A stretch of DNA of 64,000 nt from Paragordius varius. Its lineage: Eukaryota; Animalia; Nematomorpha. Shown piece after piece: positions 1 to 11,302 of this stretch. How positions within the stretch are numbered: the first letter of the stretch is position 1; every line of letters begins with the position of its first letter. The DNA is taken from positions 11,346,001 to 11,410,000 of the forward strand of contig OZ176054.1 in assembly GCA_964247055.1 (NCBI GenBank), written 5' to 3'. Position numbers and translations under genes: made by a program. The notes below the pieces were generated by a model that saw only the letters and a program-made list of their open reading frames with translations, was not told the DNA's origin and searched no databases.

Positions 1-272
1 ATGACACTTTTATTATTATGAGCAAATTTGGCCACAAAAGACTTCTCCCAGATATATCCATTTGTATCGCGGTATAAATAAGGCTGATTGTCATAGAGAT
101 ATTTGCTATGGAGTAGGGCTTGATCTTCGTTAATCGTTACTTGCACATAACAGTCCGTAATATTAACGGTTATGTTAAAATGTTTTCTAAAGTCTTTTAG
201 CGATTCCATTATGTTTGTACCGTATTGAAATTGTAATTGGGCGTTATAATTGTGTTCTAATAACATAAGCTT
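1..272 (-). CDS. Exon of unknown gene family (repeat-domain exon type E5, copy 1), runs off the window start
   Basis: Open frame after a ttaatag acceptor reads KLMLLEHNYNAQLQFQYGTNIMESLKDFRKHFNITVNITDCYVQVTINEDQALLHSKYLYDNQPYLYRDTNGYIWEKSFVAKFAHNNKSV. It is closely similar to the ORF at 16183-16455. Confidence 0.6.
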
Positions 273-633
273 CTATTAAAACATGCACGTAAATGATAAT
301 AATATATCATTTGCACCTTCATTTGATATATTACGCCGATTCAAGTTGGTGATTAAACATTTTAAGCTTTGATAAAAAAAACAATGCAAAAATATTATTC
401 CTACTGAAAAATGATATCTATTTTAAGATATTAGATTAATTTTCCACTTATAATTTTTTTAAAGCAACTTAAAAAGTTTAAAGACCTTAATTACTTGCGC
501 AAATGATAAATATCAAAGTCGATTAAAAATAATGGCATAAACGCCTAGAAAATTGAAATTATGGCTGATAAAATATTTTAGAAAAGATAAAGTATAGAAC
601 AATTTAAAAAAATTAAAATTATTACCTGCCAAA

Positions 634-639
<6 letters not shown>

Positions 640-677
<38 letters not shown>
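640..677. repeat. (TA)n microsatellite
   Basis: Uninterrupted TA run seen directly. Confidence 0.95.
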
Positions 678-680
<3 letters not shown>

Positions 681-1839
681 TAACAACTGAAATTATACAT
701 TTTGGTTAAAATTAAATCCAATTTTTTTCTCCTATATCAGACAAAACTTGGGAATTTTTGCATTTTAACTTCTAAATTTCTAAAATGAGATACCTCCAAA
801 ACCAACCTTGATATTAAAATCAATTATATCGTTCTAGTAAATTCTAATTGATTTTTAAAGTTAGTCCAATAAAAATATTTAAAGATATTAAAATTTTAAA
901 TTTCAATACCAGTTCATAGAGAATTACTAAAAAACCTAGTGATGAAAATGTTTGAATCATTAAAAAATAGAAAATGTTTATAATATCTTAAAGTGTTTTT
1001 ATATCGTTTCTACCCTACTTCAACATAAAATGCATTTAAAAATTAAATAAAACGTATGATTTTTTTCAAACTTTTTTCGATTTCATCATCTATCATTTAA
1101 GAATTATTATCGCGCAATCTAAAAATTTTTGCGTTTTTTAAAAATAAATAACCGCTTTTAGAGGGACCAAAAAATTTTAGACTCTAGGAGTAACTAATTA
1201 ATCAAAATTTATAGACAACCTTGCTTTTTGAATGTAAATTATGTTGTATTCAAACAATGTTTTTTGGATTAATGCAGTTAGATATACGAAAAAAAAACTC
1301 TATGAATGTGCGCTGATTTTGCTATTTTTGATATCGATCCACAAGACAAAAGTATTTAATTTATCCTTCGTTAGCCCCAAACTTAGCATGAGAATTACAC
1401 ATTAATTTCTCATTATGAGATAATATATAGTTTATCAGGTTAAATATCCCGATTTTCTGTGCACTGAGATTAATAGGAGAATACATTGCAATATTTTACT
1501 TTAAATTGGGTAAAAATTAAAGTTTCCAATGAATTTGGATGCAAAATATATTTTCGACCTCAAAATATTTTGAGTTAAAAATATTCTCGAGATTATCAAA
1601 ATATACCACATTCGACCCATAATTGATATAAACACGTCAAATAAAACTTACTAGGCGTGAACGGTAGATATTTGTCCACGAAATCAATCTTCTTTTCTAA
1701 AATATTAAAAAAAAATTGTAATATGCATTGTAATTATATATTATATATGGAATTATTTTAATTAATTTGTAATGATCACTCATAATTTTTATTTTTTTAT
1801 TTTATCTGTGATTTGGCTAGGGTTAGATTTTTGGGTCAA

Positions 1840-2440
1840 AAATAAAAACCGGTTTAAAAAAATTTAAATTTTTAGATGTGGGCTCCAAAAGTCCCAAATT
1901 TTTTCCCTAGTAAAATGGGCTAGTTCTCTAAAATTAAGCTCATGCCTGGATTGAGCGATAAAAATATACTTTAAAAATGAGTTTTTTAAAAAATAATTTT
2001 TAATAAAATTTTGTTGAAGCGTACTTCATACTCTTGTTAGTCATATGGTTTAAAACTATTTATGATATTATGAAAACACCTTTTCATTAGATTTCGATAA
2101 TTCTGAACATTTCTATCACCTCAAAATCGTGATATTTGAAATATTAAAATTTTAAGCAAATGAACCTTAAAATTTAAATTCTTAGGTAATAGAAATGTTC
2201 AGCATCATCGAATTATATACGTTATTAAACCGTTTCTATTAAGACGCCAAATAAGTACGCTTCAAATTTTACTATGCATTTTTAAAAACAAAATTTTTGG
2301 TTGATATTAAAATTAAGCATGTATTTAAAAATTTTATCTCGCACGGGCATTTTTGCGTTTATTTCAAGAGGATTAACCCATCTTAGAAAAAAATTAGGAC
2401 TTTCGAACTCACATCTAAAATATTAAATTTTTTAAACCTA
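1840..2440. mobile_element. Long imperfect foldback (palindromic MITE-like) element, approximate ends
   Basis: Inverted arms, e.g. aaatttttagatgtgggctcc versus gaactcacatctaaaatattaaattt, and ctgaacatttctatcacc versus ggtaatagaaatgttcag. Related to 20030-20890 and 22640-23495. Confidence 0.6.
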
Positions 2441-2859
2441 TTGTTTTACTTTTTACATATAGTTATCATATATTTTATTAATATTTTTTAAGTTTTAAAC
2501 TTTCACCCAATAAATTTATTTAAAAATGAACGTAATAGCCATTTTCCGATATGAAAGACTTACCACAAATTGTAAATAAATTTCCCATATTACTCGTAAG
2601 GACCAAAACCTAAAACACCATGATAATGTTATACATTTTCCTATCAATACATATTTATATTTATAGGGCTTTTTGTGGAAACTGTGTATATTTTTTTCAT
2701 TATTTTGTAATTCAACTTAAAATCGCTGGGGCACATTCAATGACAAACAAATCAATAGATTGATTAGGGAAGTTGATACTCAAATATTAAATATTTATAT
2801 CATTGGTTAAAAATGATACAAAATACCCTGTATATTTTGGGAAAGTATAATATAATTAC

Positions 2860-3203
2860 CTTGTATATATCCATGTTCGGCTAAAAATGCTTGGAAATCA
2901 GGCTTGGAATTTTCAGAACTATCTTTGTCCAATGCATCATATCCAAAGATTTTGTTATCCTAAAATATAATCTTAAAAAATAACTCTGGATTCATATTTT
3001 ATAACGAATTTGGAATAACTAATGTCGCAATAAATTTTATAGGTTTGATTCAAATATGCTTTTTTGACAATTGGTTGGTCAAGTATTATGAAGTTTCCGA
3101 TTTGTAAATAACATTTCTCTTTATCCCATATGATTGGAAAGGTTTCCCCATCATTAGCATATACCTCATTTTTACCTAGTAGTGAATACAATTGATTAAA
3201 CAA
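2860..3203 (-). CDS. Two exons (E2, E3) of unknown gene copy B, joined across a 25-nt intron at 2960-2984
   Basis: ORF ...YCDISYSKFVIKYESR continues after GT..AG removal as DNKIFGYDALDKDSSENSKPDFQAFLAEHGYIQG, ending at a gtaatt donor. The paralogue at 21579-21913 has the same structure. Confidence 0.65.
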
Positions 3204-4583
3204 ATTTAACTCATTTTAATTTCTATCACCAATATAATCGGTCAGTAATTTTTTTTTATCTTATTACATTTTACGATCCAAATTATATGAGGATACGTTA
3301 TTATACATGAAAAAATTCCATTGTTACTGAAAACAAAAATTGTAAATTTAATTTTTTTTATTTATAATATGGTTGAATCTTGTTTTTACAGTGAATGGTA
3401 TAAAATAACCCCTTTATTTCAAAAATATCGTCTATAAAGTAATTAACTCATGCTGATGTTATTTTAGTGATGAATAAATCTCTACAAACTCTGGAGTTTG
3501 TAGATATTTTGCATGCACACACAATGACAAAATACATATTGTCTGACACAAACATATATCAGGGTTCTCAAGTACTATTTAAAAATTACAATTTTGTATT
3601 CGAATCGCAAAACTTGCGCTCATTATGTAAATATATTTTTTCAAAGCTCGACACTTCGTTTCAAATATGATTAATATACATCATTCATGCTTAGAAAGCA
3701 AAACAATATTGATCAAATTTTAATTCTTTTACGTGGGATCCGATAGTCTCAAATTTCTGACCGCCTTTAAGACTAAAGCCAAAATTTTAAGATATTCTGA
3801 TAAGAATATTTAATACTGGGAGATTATGAAAAAAGAATATATTTTTGGAAAATGTATTCTTTTATTTAAAAATTTAATTTTTAGTAAAATTTGGATAAAC
3901 CACATTTTATGGTGTTTTGGAGCACGGTAAAGCGGTCTGGACATATTATAAATGCTTTCTTCTTCATATAAATTTAATATAAAGTGAGTTGTACCTAGAT
4001 TCCAAAAAATTTTTTAAAAATGGATCATAGAAATATTAATTGATATGGGAAAGGTGTTTTTATGTTTCCTCGCTGTGAAGATCAATGCGTTACGGGTGGG
4101 TAGGGATTGCCTTGACGGCAGGTGGCCGACGATCTTCCGACGCTACACCCTCTACTTGTGGTTATGTTACCATGCTTTTAAATACCATAAAGTACGGTCA
4201 CTAAAATTTTGCTAAAATTCAAATTTTTAAGCAACGTTTCATTGCATTTTTTTATAGATTTTCATTTTTGATAAGGTCTATATTAAAAATTGTTATACAG
4301 CAATCTTGACATAGTGTATTTTAAAAAAATTAGACCGTTTTAGAGGGGAATTTTCGACTTTCAGAGGCTGCGTCTAAAATCATAATAAATATTATATAAT
4401 TTTTTAATTATAACTATAGTTTGTGATATAACAATGATATATTTAGAATGAATTAGATTTTAACAGAAAACTTTATTTGATAAAATCTGGGCTAATTTTG
4501 TGCTGATATGGTTTACCGAAAAAGTGCAAATATTTTTATTAAACCCCAAGTCGCAAAACCATAAACACTATAATAATATAATA

Positions 4584-4995
4584 TACCATTTACAGTTCAA
4601 ATTCACCTTTGAACAATTCAAATTCACCCTTGAACAATTCAAATTCACCCTCGAACAATTCAAATTCACCTTCAAACAATTCCAATTCACCCTCGAACAA
4701 TTCAAATTCACCTTAAAAATTAATTATGATTTTCGAACTAATATAACTTATTAATATGAAATATATGTTTATGGTATAGTTTATTATTTTTTAAGTATTA
4801 TTTTTATTGAAAACATAATTTTTTATTTTTTAAAAATATATAGAATATAGGTAATTTTTAATCTTAAAAAACTTATATTTTTTTGAGGGTGAAATTGAAT
4901 TGTTCGAGGGTGAATTTTAATTGTTCAAGGGTTAATTTGAATTGTTCAAGGGTGAATTTGAATTGTTTATGGGTGTAATCGAATTGTAAATGGTA
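4584..4995. mobile_element. MITE with TIR TACCATTTACA(G/A)TTCAAATTCACC; arms expanded by 21-bp tandem repeats
   Basis: Left end taccatttacagttcaaattcacc, right end gaattgtaaatggta. About 6 copies of ttcaaattcaccyttgaacaa on the left and about 5 inverted copies on the right. Same termini at 54420-54631 and 63601-63799. Confidence 0.8.
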
Positions 4996-6028
4996 TGTAT
5001 CATCTATCAGATTAAAATATTTTCTATAATTGATTTCATGCATGCGTAATGAGCCAATTAAAATTTAAATTAAATCATTTCTTTATAGTCTAGTCATTTC
5101 CGTGGAATAATATTAAGTATAAATAGGAAATATCTGGATATAAAAGAATAATTAATAATTTCAATTTTAATTTATCTCAAAGAGGAGTCCTGATATGAAA
5201 AGTAAGCAAAGTATTTTTTCATGCACCTAATAAAATACAAAAAAACACAAGACCACAACATACCATTTTGCGATCTAAAAATATGGCTTAACCGCTACAA
5301 CCCTAAAATAAACTTTAAAATTGGCAGAGTTGATTAAATTTTTAAAAAATTATGCTGCATAATTAACTTTTAGACTTAAACTAATCTTTCTTTTAGCTCA
5401 ACAACATGTTAAAAGATTTACTTCAAGTCTTGTTATATATATGTATTGACAAATTTAAATGCATACGGTAAAATGTTTAGTGTCTTTCCCTAATTTTTAA
5501 CATTGTTCGTATATTTTTAACGTTGCTTGTTTTTATCATTTTGAGAAAATTTAATCAGCCCCATTTACTTTTAAACTTATGTTATTTTTTTATCTTTTTT
5601 TGCCCTAAAAATTTTAATTTGTAATTTCAACAGAGTTTTAAAATGTAGAATGCTTAGTATTAGCAAGTTCTTATATTAAAAACATAATTAACCAGTTAAC
5701 CTGAGATGGTAAAACAAAGAATATGAATTTTTAAACTGATGCTTTAAAGATTATTTCCAAACCAATATTATAAAATATTCTTGAATCTGATATTTCATTT
5801 TAGACGCTTTACTACATCATAAAGGCCGAAGCTTCTTGAAACACAAAGTTATCAGTTATGGGGTTTATAATTTATGGATCAAAAATTATAAGCCAATTTG
5901 ATTCATAAATAACCATGTAATAGCGAAAAATGTCTGCTTAAGACAGTTTATTATTTTCCTTGTTAAAGGCAATGAATATGCTTTATTTTGTTTTCAATTT
6001 TGACGATGTCTATTACTTAGAAATTCAC

Positions 6029-6356
6029 CCTTTTCTATTGCTATCAGCCTTTTTATCTGGTTATTTTGCATATGCTTGTGCAGAATAATTAAAGTTACCC
6101 AATCTGATTATTCCTTTAAATTCAACACGTTGGTTTGTTTCATTTTTGTAACATACAAAATGTCTATCCATATGTCTATATTCAACAATTTTAGAGCGCT
6201 CATAGATGGTATAATTATGTTTATAACATTTGTTTTCATTTTGGATGTGTCTGAACAACTTATTAGAACTGCGATTCCTGTAGTCGTCCAGCACATTAAT
6301 GTAGCAATTATAGTTTGAAAGTTTATCTCCCCGCTTTACATAGTGAGATTTATTCT
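6029..6356 (-). CDS. Exons E1 (6099-6356) and putative small E1b (6029-6056) of unknown gene copy B
   Basis: Reads YVKRGDKLSNYNCYINVLDDYRNRSSNKLF...EYRHMDRHFVCYKNETNQRVEFKGIIRL. Homologous to 22092-22352, with acceptor and donor at equivalent positions. Confidence 0.6.
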
Positions 6357-6579
6357 CTAAACATGATATACGATTATAAAAATGTGAATTCAAATAATTT
6401 ACATTACAAATTAAGTTTAAAAAATATATATTTGGTCGCTATTTTTTAATGTTTATATTTATAATAAACGATTTTAATATCGTGGTATACACAAAATATA
6501 CAAATTTTCGGGTTTAAATAATCCGATAAAATAAACTTTGACGCATTTTAATTAAAAATATTTTTTATAATTTTTTTAA

Positions 6580-7170
6580 CACTTCGATTCAAATTGGGGT
6601 ATCTAAATACCCCAAACTAAATTTAAATTGAATTTTTTAAAAAACTACTAAAGGAAACGGTGACAATTTAAATTTATGCTTCTATCCTGATAAATATTAT
6701 ATAAATATGCCAAAATATCTTGATAAAATTTTGTTTTGAAAAAAAAGTTCCACCTCAAACTACTTCGACGCCATTTTTATTTTACAAAAATTTTGCAAAA
6801 TATCGTCTTCAATTAATTTTAAGGTTAAAACTAAAGCTTATTTTTTCTAATTACAACTAACATTAATAGAAATAGAAGAAGCGGTTTATTATGTATTATG
6901 TTTTAATTTAACAATTTGACACATGTCACGTTGACTAAATTTTTGCCTTTAAGTTTTAACTCAAAATAAGTAATATAAAGTATTTTTGAATAAAATTTTT
7001 TATATATTTCGGTTTACTAATGTTATATAAGTGCAAAATTTTGCCATGGTTTCGATTGCTTCCATACTCTTTAAACTATTTAATTTTAAACAGGCCTGGG
7101 GAATCCAACTAACCCAATTTGAATCGAAGGACTAAAATGAGTGTGTTGTATCCAAGTGTTAAAAATGTTT
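6580..7170. mobile_element. Dispersed non-autonomous TIR element (approximate ends)
   Basis: Inverted termini cttcgattcaaattgg / caatttgaatcgaag. The body is the reverse complement of 18985-19560 and similar to 18185-18760. Confidence 0.65.
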
Positions 7171-9872
7171 AATAGATCATGTTACGGGCAAACATAGATT
7201 TGTTTTTTATAAAACATAACCATATTTTTTAATAGCCTTTTGGGTGCATTTTAAAAAATAATTTTTAAACGTATGTAAAAAATCTTTATCATATTTTAAG
7301 CGTTTTTTTTTATTTCGATATTCGGTAGCTCAGGCTTTTAGTTTTGTAATGATTATAATAATATATCATTTTTTTTGTATGCAATGCTTTAACTTGTATT
7401 ACGCTATGTTGGATGCGATTACATTTTGGGGTACTTTTGTACCCCGGAGCTTAAATTTGTAAATAATGAAATTTTTTTTACAAAACATAGTTTAATCATT
7501 GTTTTCCCATTTAAAAAGTTACAGATTTCTATTTTATAGAGTCTAAAATTACGGTTAAAAAGCTAACAGCCTTTATCAAAATGGGAATATCAAAAATTTT
7601 AAAAATATAATTTAAAAGCTTTCCAAAGTATATTTACTTTTTTTCGTATAATATTCATTTCTGTCTTTTGTACAAGCATTTTAAAAATGCAAAAAAATGC
7701 CGGAATCTTACTAATAATAAATCTTTAAATCGCTATGGGAAACTAACCAAAAGGGTATAAAATGTTAAACAAACTTTTTGTTCTGCTAGTAGTGCATTTT
7801 GTATTAATTAAAACGGTAAAAATTGTCAATTTTTTTAAAAATATTTTCATACCTGTCGTGGTAGTTTTGAATACAGAAGGATTTAAGTTTAATCAAATAT
7901 AAAAATATATGCTTTCTTTAGCCTTTTGGGCGTACAAAAAAATAAAATTATAAATAAATCCTAATCCTTTATCGCCCCTATTTTATTTATTTTGGATAAT
8001 TTTTCATTATAAAACTGTCATATATATGTATATTTTCCGTAAAAATGTAAATAAATAACTTTTTAAAGTTTTCGAAATATAGCAGCAAACTTTTTAGAGA
8101 AATTAATTTTATTTTCCTTTTCCAATCCTTTTTTGGACCTATCCCAATCGCCTAAATGATTTTACCAAAAATATATTTTTCAATTATAGGGGAACAATGT
8201 TTGATAAAATTCAAAACCAAACATTCAAAGCAATATATTATATACAAATTATAGCGGGTTAGGTTACAAAACACCCCAAAGTAATAAATAGTCTACAACA
8301 AATGAAAGGGCAATAAAAGTAAAGAATGGATTATAAACACAGAATTTTAATAATTTTTAATTCATTAATAATAATATTAGATTACCACGAATATTGATTG
8401 TAAAGTTTAACATCTCTAGGCTTTCAAAACTTTTGTATGGTGATTTCCCATAATCTAAATAAATAAATAAAAAATTTTGAGGAAAATTAAACTATCATTG
8501 TAACTATTATCGTTGTGAAAAACATTGCTCTTTACGACGTTAACTTATTAGGTGACTCTAAATTAATTTTTTTAAATTTCAAATAAATGATGATTATTTA
8601 TCTTTTAATCTGAATCATAAATAAACCAGGGACGCGAAAAATTTGAACTATAATAGCAATAATATAGTCATGAAATATTAGCAAAAGATATTACTTAAAC
8701 AAATTATTTAAATCTAATTGGCAACTAACCGAAAAGTTGTTATCTTTTATTTAAAATTTACAGATGACCATCTAATAAAATATTCATGAATGCCCATGCA
8801 TATATTTCGAATGAGACCTGCAAGATTTTTTGAGTCAAAAAAGCGGCCCGAAAAACCTTTTGTCTTGAATCTGATTTAGACAATAACATTGAAATCAAAC
8901 ACTTATTAGCAATCATTAACAATCTACTGTCGTTTATAATATTTTTAGATATTATTATTTTGAAAACATTAATTATTAACAAAATATTCGAATATAAACG
9001 CAAATTATTATCATCATAAATAAAATTTATTTATTTAAACACTGTGCGCAAAAACCAACGAATTTATTTGCCGCAAAAAAATTTATTTGTTGACGACCTA
9101 TTGAAAATTTAGAGATAGTCAAAATCGGGCAAAAAAAGGATAACCAAAAAATAACGATAAAACTTGGGATATTAAGATTCACTATTATTTTCTTCAGTAT
9201 ACGATTTACAAATAGTCTCATATAGTCAGGGATTTTATTACTCAGATCAAAAATCATGTTTCATAGTTAATACACAAATTTTTTTTATTAAACATTAAAT
9301 TTTTTTAATTTATTACTATTAAAATCTTAACATTAATATTTTACGCAGTAAATTTTTTAAAATAAATCTAAAAATAATGTTTTCATTTTTTGTCATCTTG
9401 TTGATGAGTTTATAACTTACTGAAGTTTTTTTACATGACGGATTGCAGATTATATAAATTAATGCAAATACAAGTAAGCGAATATCAACCGAAAATTCGC
9501 ACAATCCAATAAAAAATATAAATTTGACTTAAAACAAACTTGTTACTGGGATTTGTACAGATTGTTACTGGATATTTAATCCTATTTTGTTTATATTTAT
9601 AAAATGTAATCTCAAAAATAATGAAAATTTTTAATCACCCAAGTTATATCATTATTTGGTTATCCTTAATTTTCACTTTTTGCCCGATTTTGATTATCAT
9701 CTAAATATTTCAAAAACTAGGTCGTCAACAAATAAAAATTTCGGCAAATGAATTCGCTGGTTTTTGCGCACAGTGTTTTAGGCGCTCTGTGCCAAATCAA
9801 ATTTTTAATATTAATCATTTTATATTCAAATGAAAAAAACGTTCTGTGTCTAGCCAAATACATTTATGTATC

Positions 9873-10080
9873 TGTTAAGTTAGATCCTACTGTCGTAGAC
9901 ACAAACGCACCTATATAATTGTAAACACCTATAACTCTTTGTGATACACCTAGTTAATGTTAATAGATGCTTCAAGCAAAATAGTTAGTATATAATTTCT
10001 GTATTATAACATCACACACACATACTTGATTTCTGGTATTTAATAAATGTTTTCTGTGTAATATAACTTTACTTCTTTCA
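9873..10080 (+). repeat. 5' LTR of Gypsy copy 1
   Basis: Direct repeat of 13977-14184, about 14 mismatches counted by eye. Confidence 0.95.
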
Positions 10081-10243
10081 TTGGCGCGGTAACAAACCTG
10101 GCAAAAATTTCTCTGGAAAGCTTTGATGAAAAGGAATTGACCGATCTTGATTTCTGGTATTTAATAAATGTTTTCTGTGTAATATAACTTTACTTCTTTC
10201 ATTGGTGCGGTAATAAACCTGGCAAAAATTTCTCTGGAAAGCT

Positions 10244-11069
10244 TTGATGAAAAGGAAAATTTTGACCGTTTTATACATTCAGCGAATGCTAGCTGCAAAA
10301 AAGATGACAGCTAACGACGACGGCAAGACGTTATTTCTCGCTTACGCAGGAATGTCGGTCACAAAGAAATTCGACCGATTCCTTTTCCCAAATTCGCTTG
10401 ATAATACCTCCTGGCCGGACATCATTGAAGCCGGCAGGAAAATTTACGTATCAAATAGGACAAATATATTCCAGGCCAGATTATATTTCGTAAAACATCG
10501 TCGGAAAAAAAATAAAACATTTACGGAATTCCTTTTACGAGTCAAAACCGAGCCTCAAAATGCAACTCAAGCTTGACATCTATGAGAAAATGCGCGACGT
10601 GTTCATTGCAGGCCTGGGACTGAAAAAATTAGAACTAGATCCGTTTACTAGATTCCCCGATGCTACGTGGGGAAACGAAGCTGTATCCCTCAAACAAGTG
10701 GTAGACATTGCCCTCAACTATGAAAAAGCACATCAACTAACAACAATAGATGGCCAGATATTGCTGACTAAAGTTCGGAAATACCAAAACAAGTGTCAAT
10801 TCTGCGGGTTAGGTCATGCACCCGGCAGATGCCTAGCTTGGGGCAAACAATGTTATAAGTGCCAAGGCTGGAATCACTTCCAACCGTGCTGTAAGAAGAA
10901 AAAGATTATCAACGTTCAGCATGTCGAATCTGGATCCACCCCCAAAATAACAATAATAATAAATGGCAACATGTTTTTAGACACAGGTTCAAGCGTATCT
11001 ATAATTGATTGTCAAGCGTGGGAAAAATTCGGGAGCCCTAGTTGCAAAAAACAGGCCAGATTCGTATAG
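10244..11069 (+). pseudogene. gag: gag and protease (frameshifted)
   Basis: Two zinc knuckles CQFCGLGHAPGRC and CYKCQGWNHFQPC; aspartic protease motif LDTGSSVSII. Confidence 0.85.
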
Positions 11070-11302
11070 CTATGGTGGCCAAAGAATCAATTCCAAGGGT
11101 AGTTGTATGGTCACGGCAAAATCTTTGGCGTGTATGGTTGTAAGCGGCAAGAAGGCCCCATCAATTCTTGGTTGGATTGGCTACAAGAATTCCCGAATGC
11201 CATAAAACAGTCGATAAATTGTCGTAAATGTTTTAATATTAATACATTTGAGGAAAATTCTCTTGTTAATAAATTTAATTGATATTTTTGTGAAAAGTTA
11301 GG

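Noticed and set aside
4060-4160. HDV-like ribozyme suggested by ttcctcgc
   Set aside because: I could not build the P1, P2 and P3 pairings around the motif.
4590-4715. 21-bp direct repeats resembling a CRISPR array, and ORF 4500-4754
   Set aside because: The repeats are contiguous with no unique spacers, are mirrored in the opposite MITE arm, and there are no cas genes. The ORF is just the translated repeat.
6076-6318. Antisense or shadow ORFs from the track (e.g. 6076-6318, 11770-11952, 28427-28618, 32136-32387, 35498-35689, 39185-39391, 51788-51994, 54008-54238)
   Set aside because: They overlap better-supported coding sequence on the other strand or frame and show no motifs.
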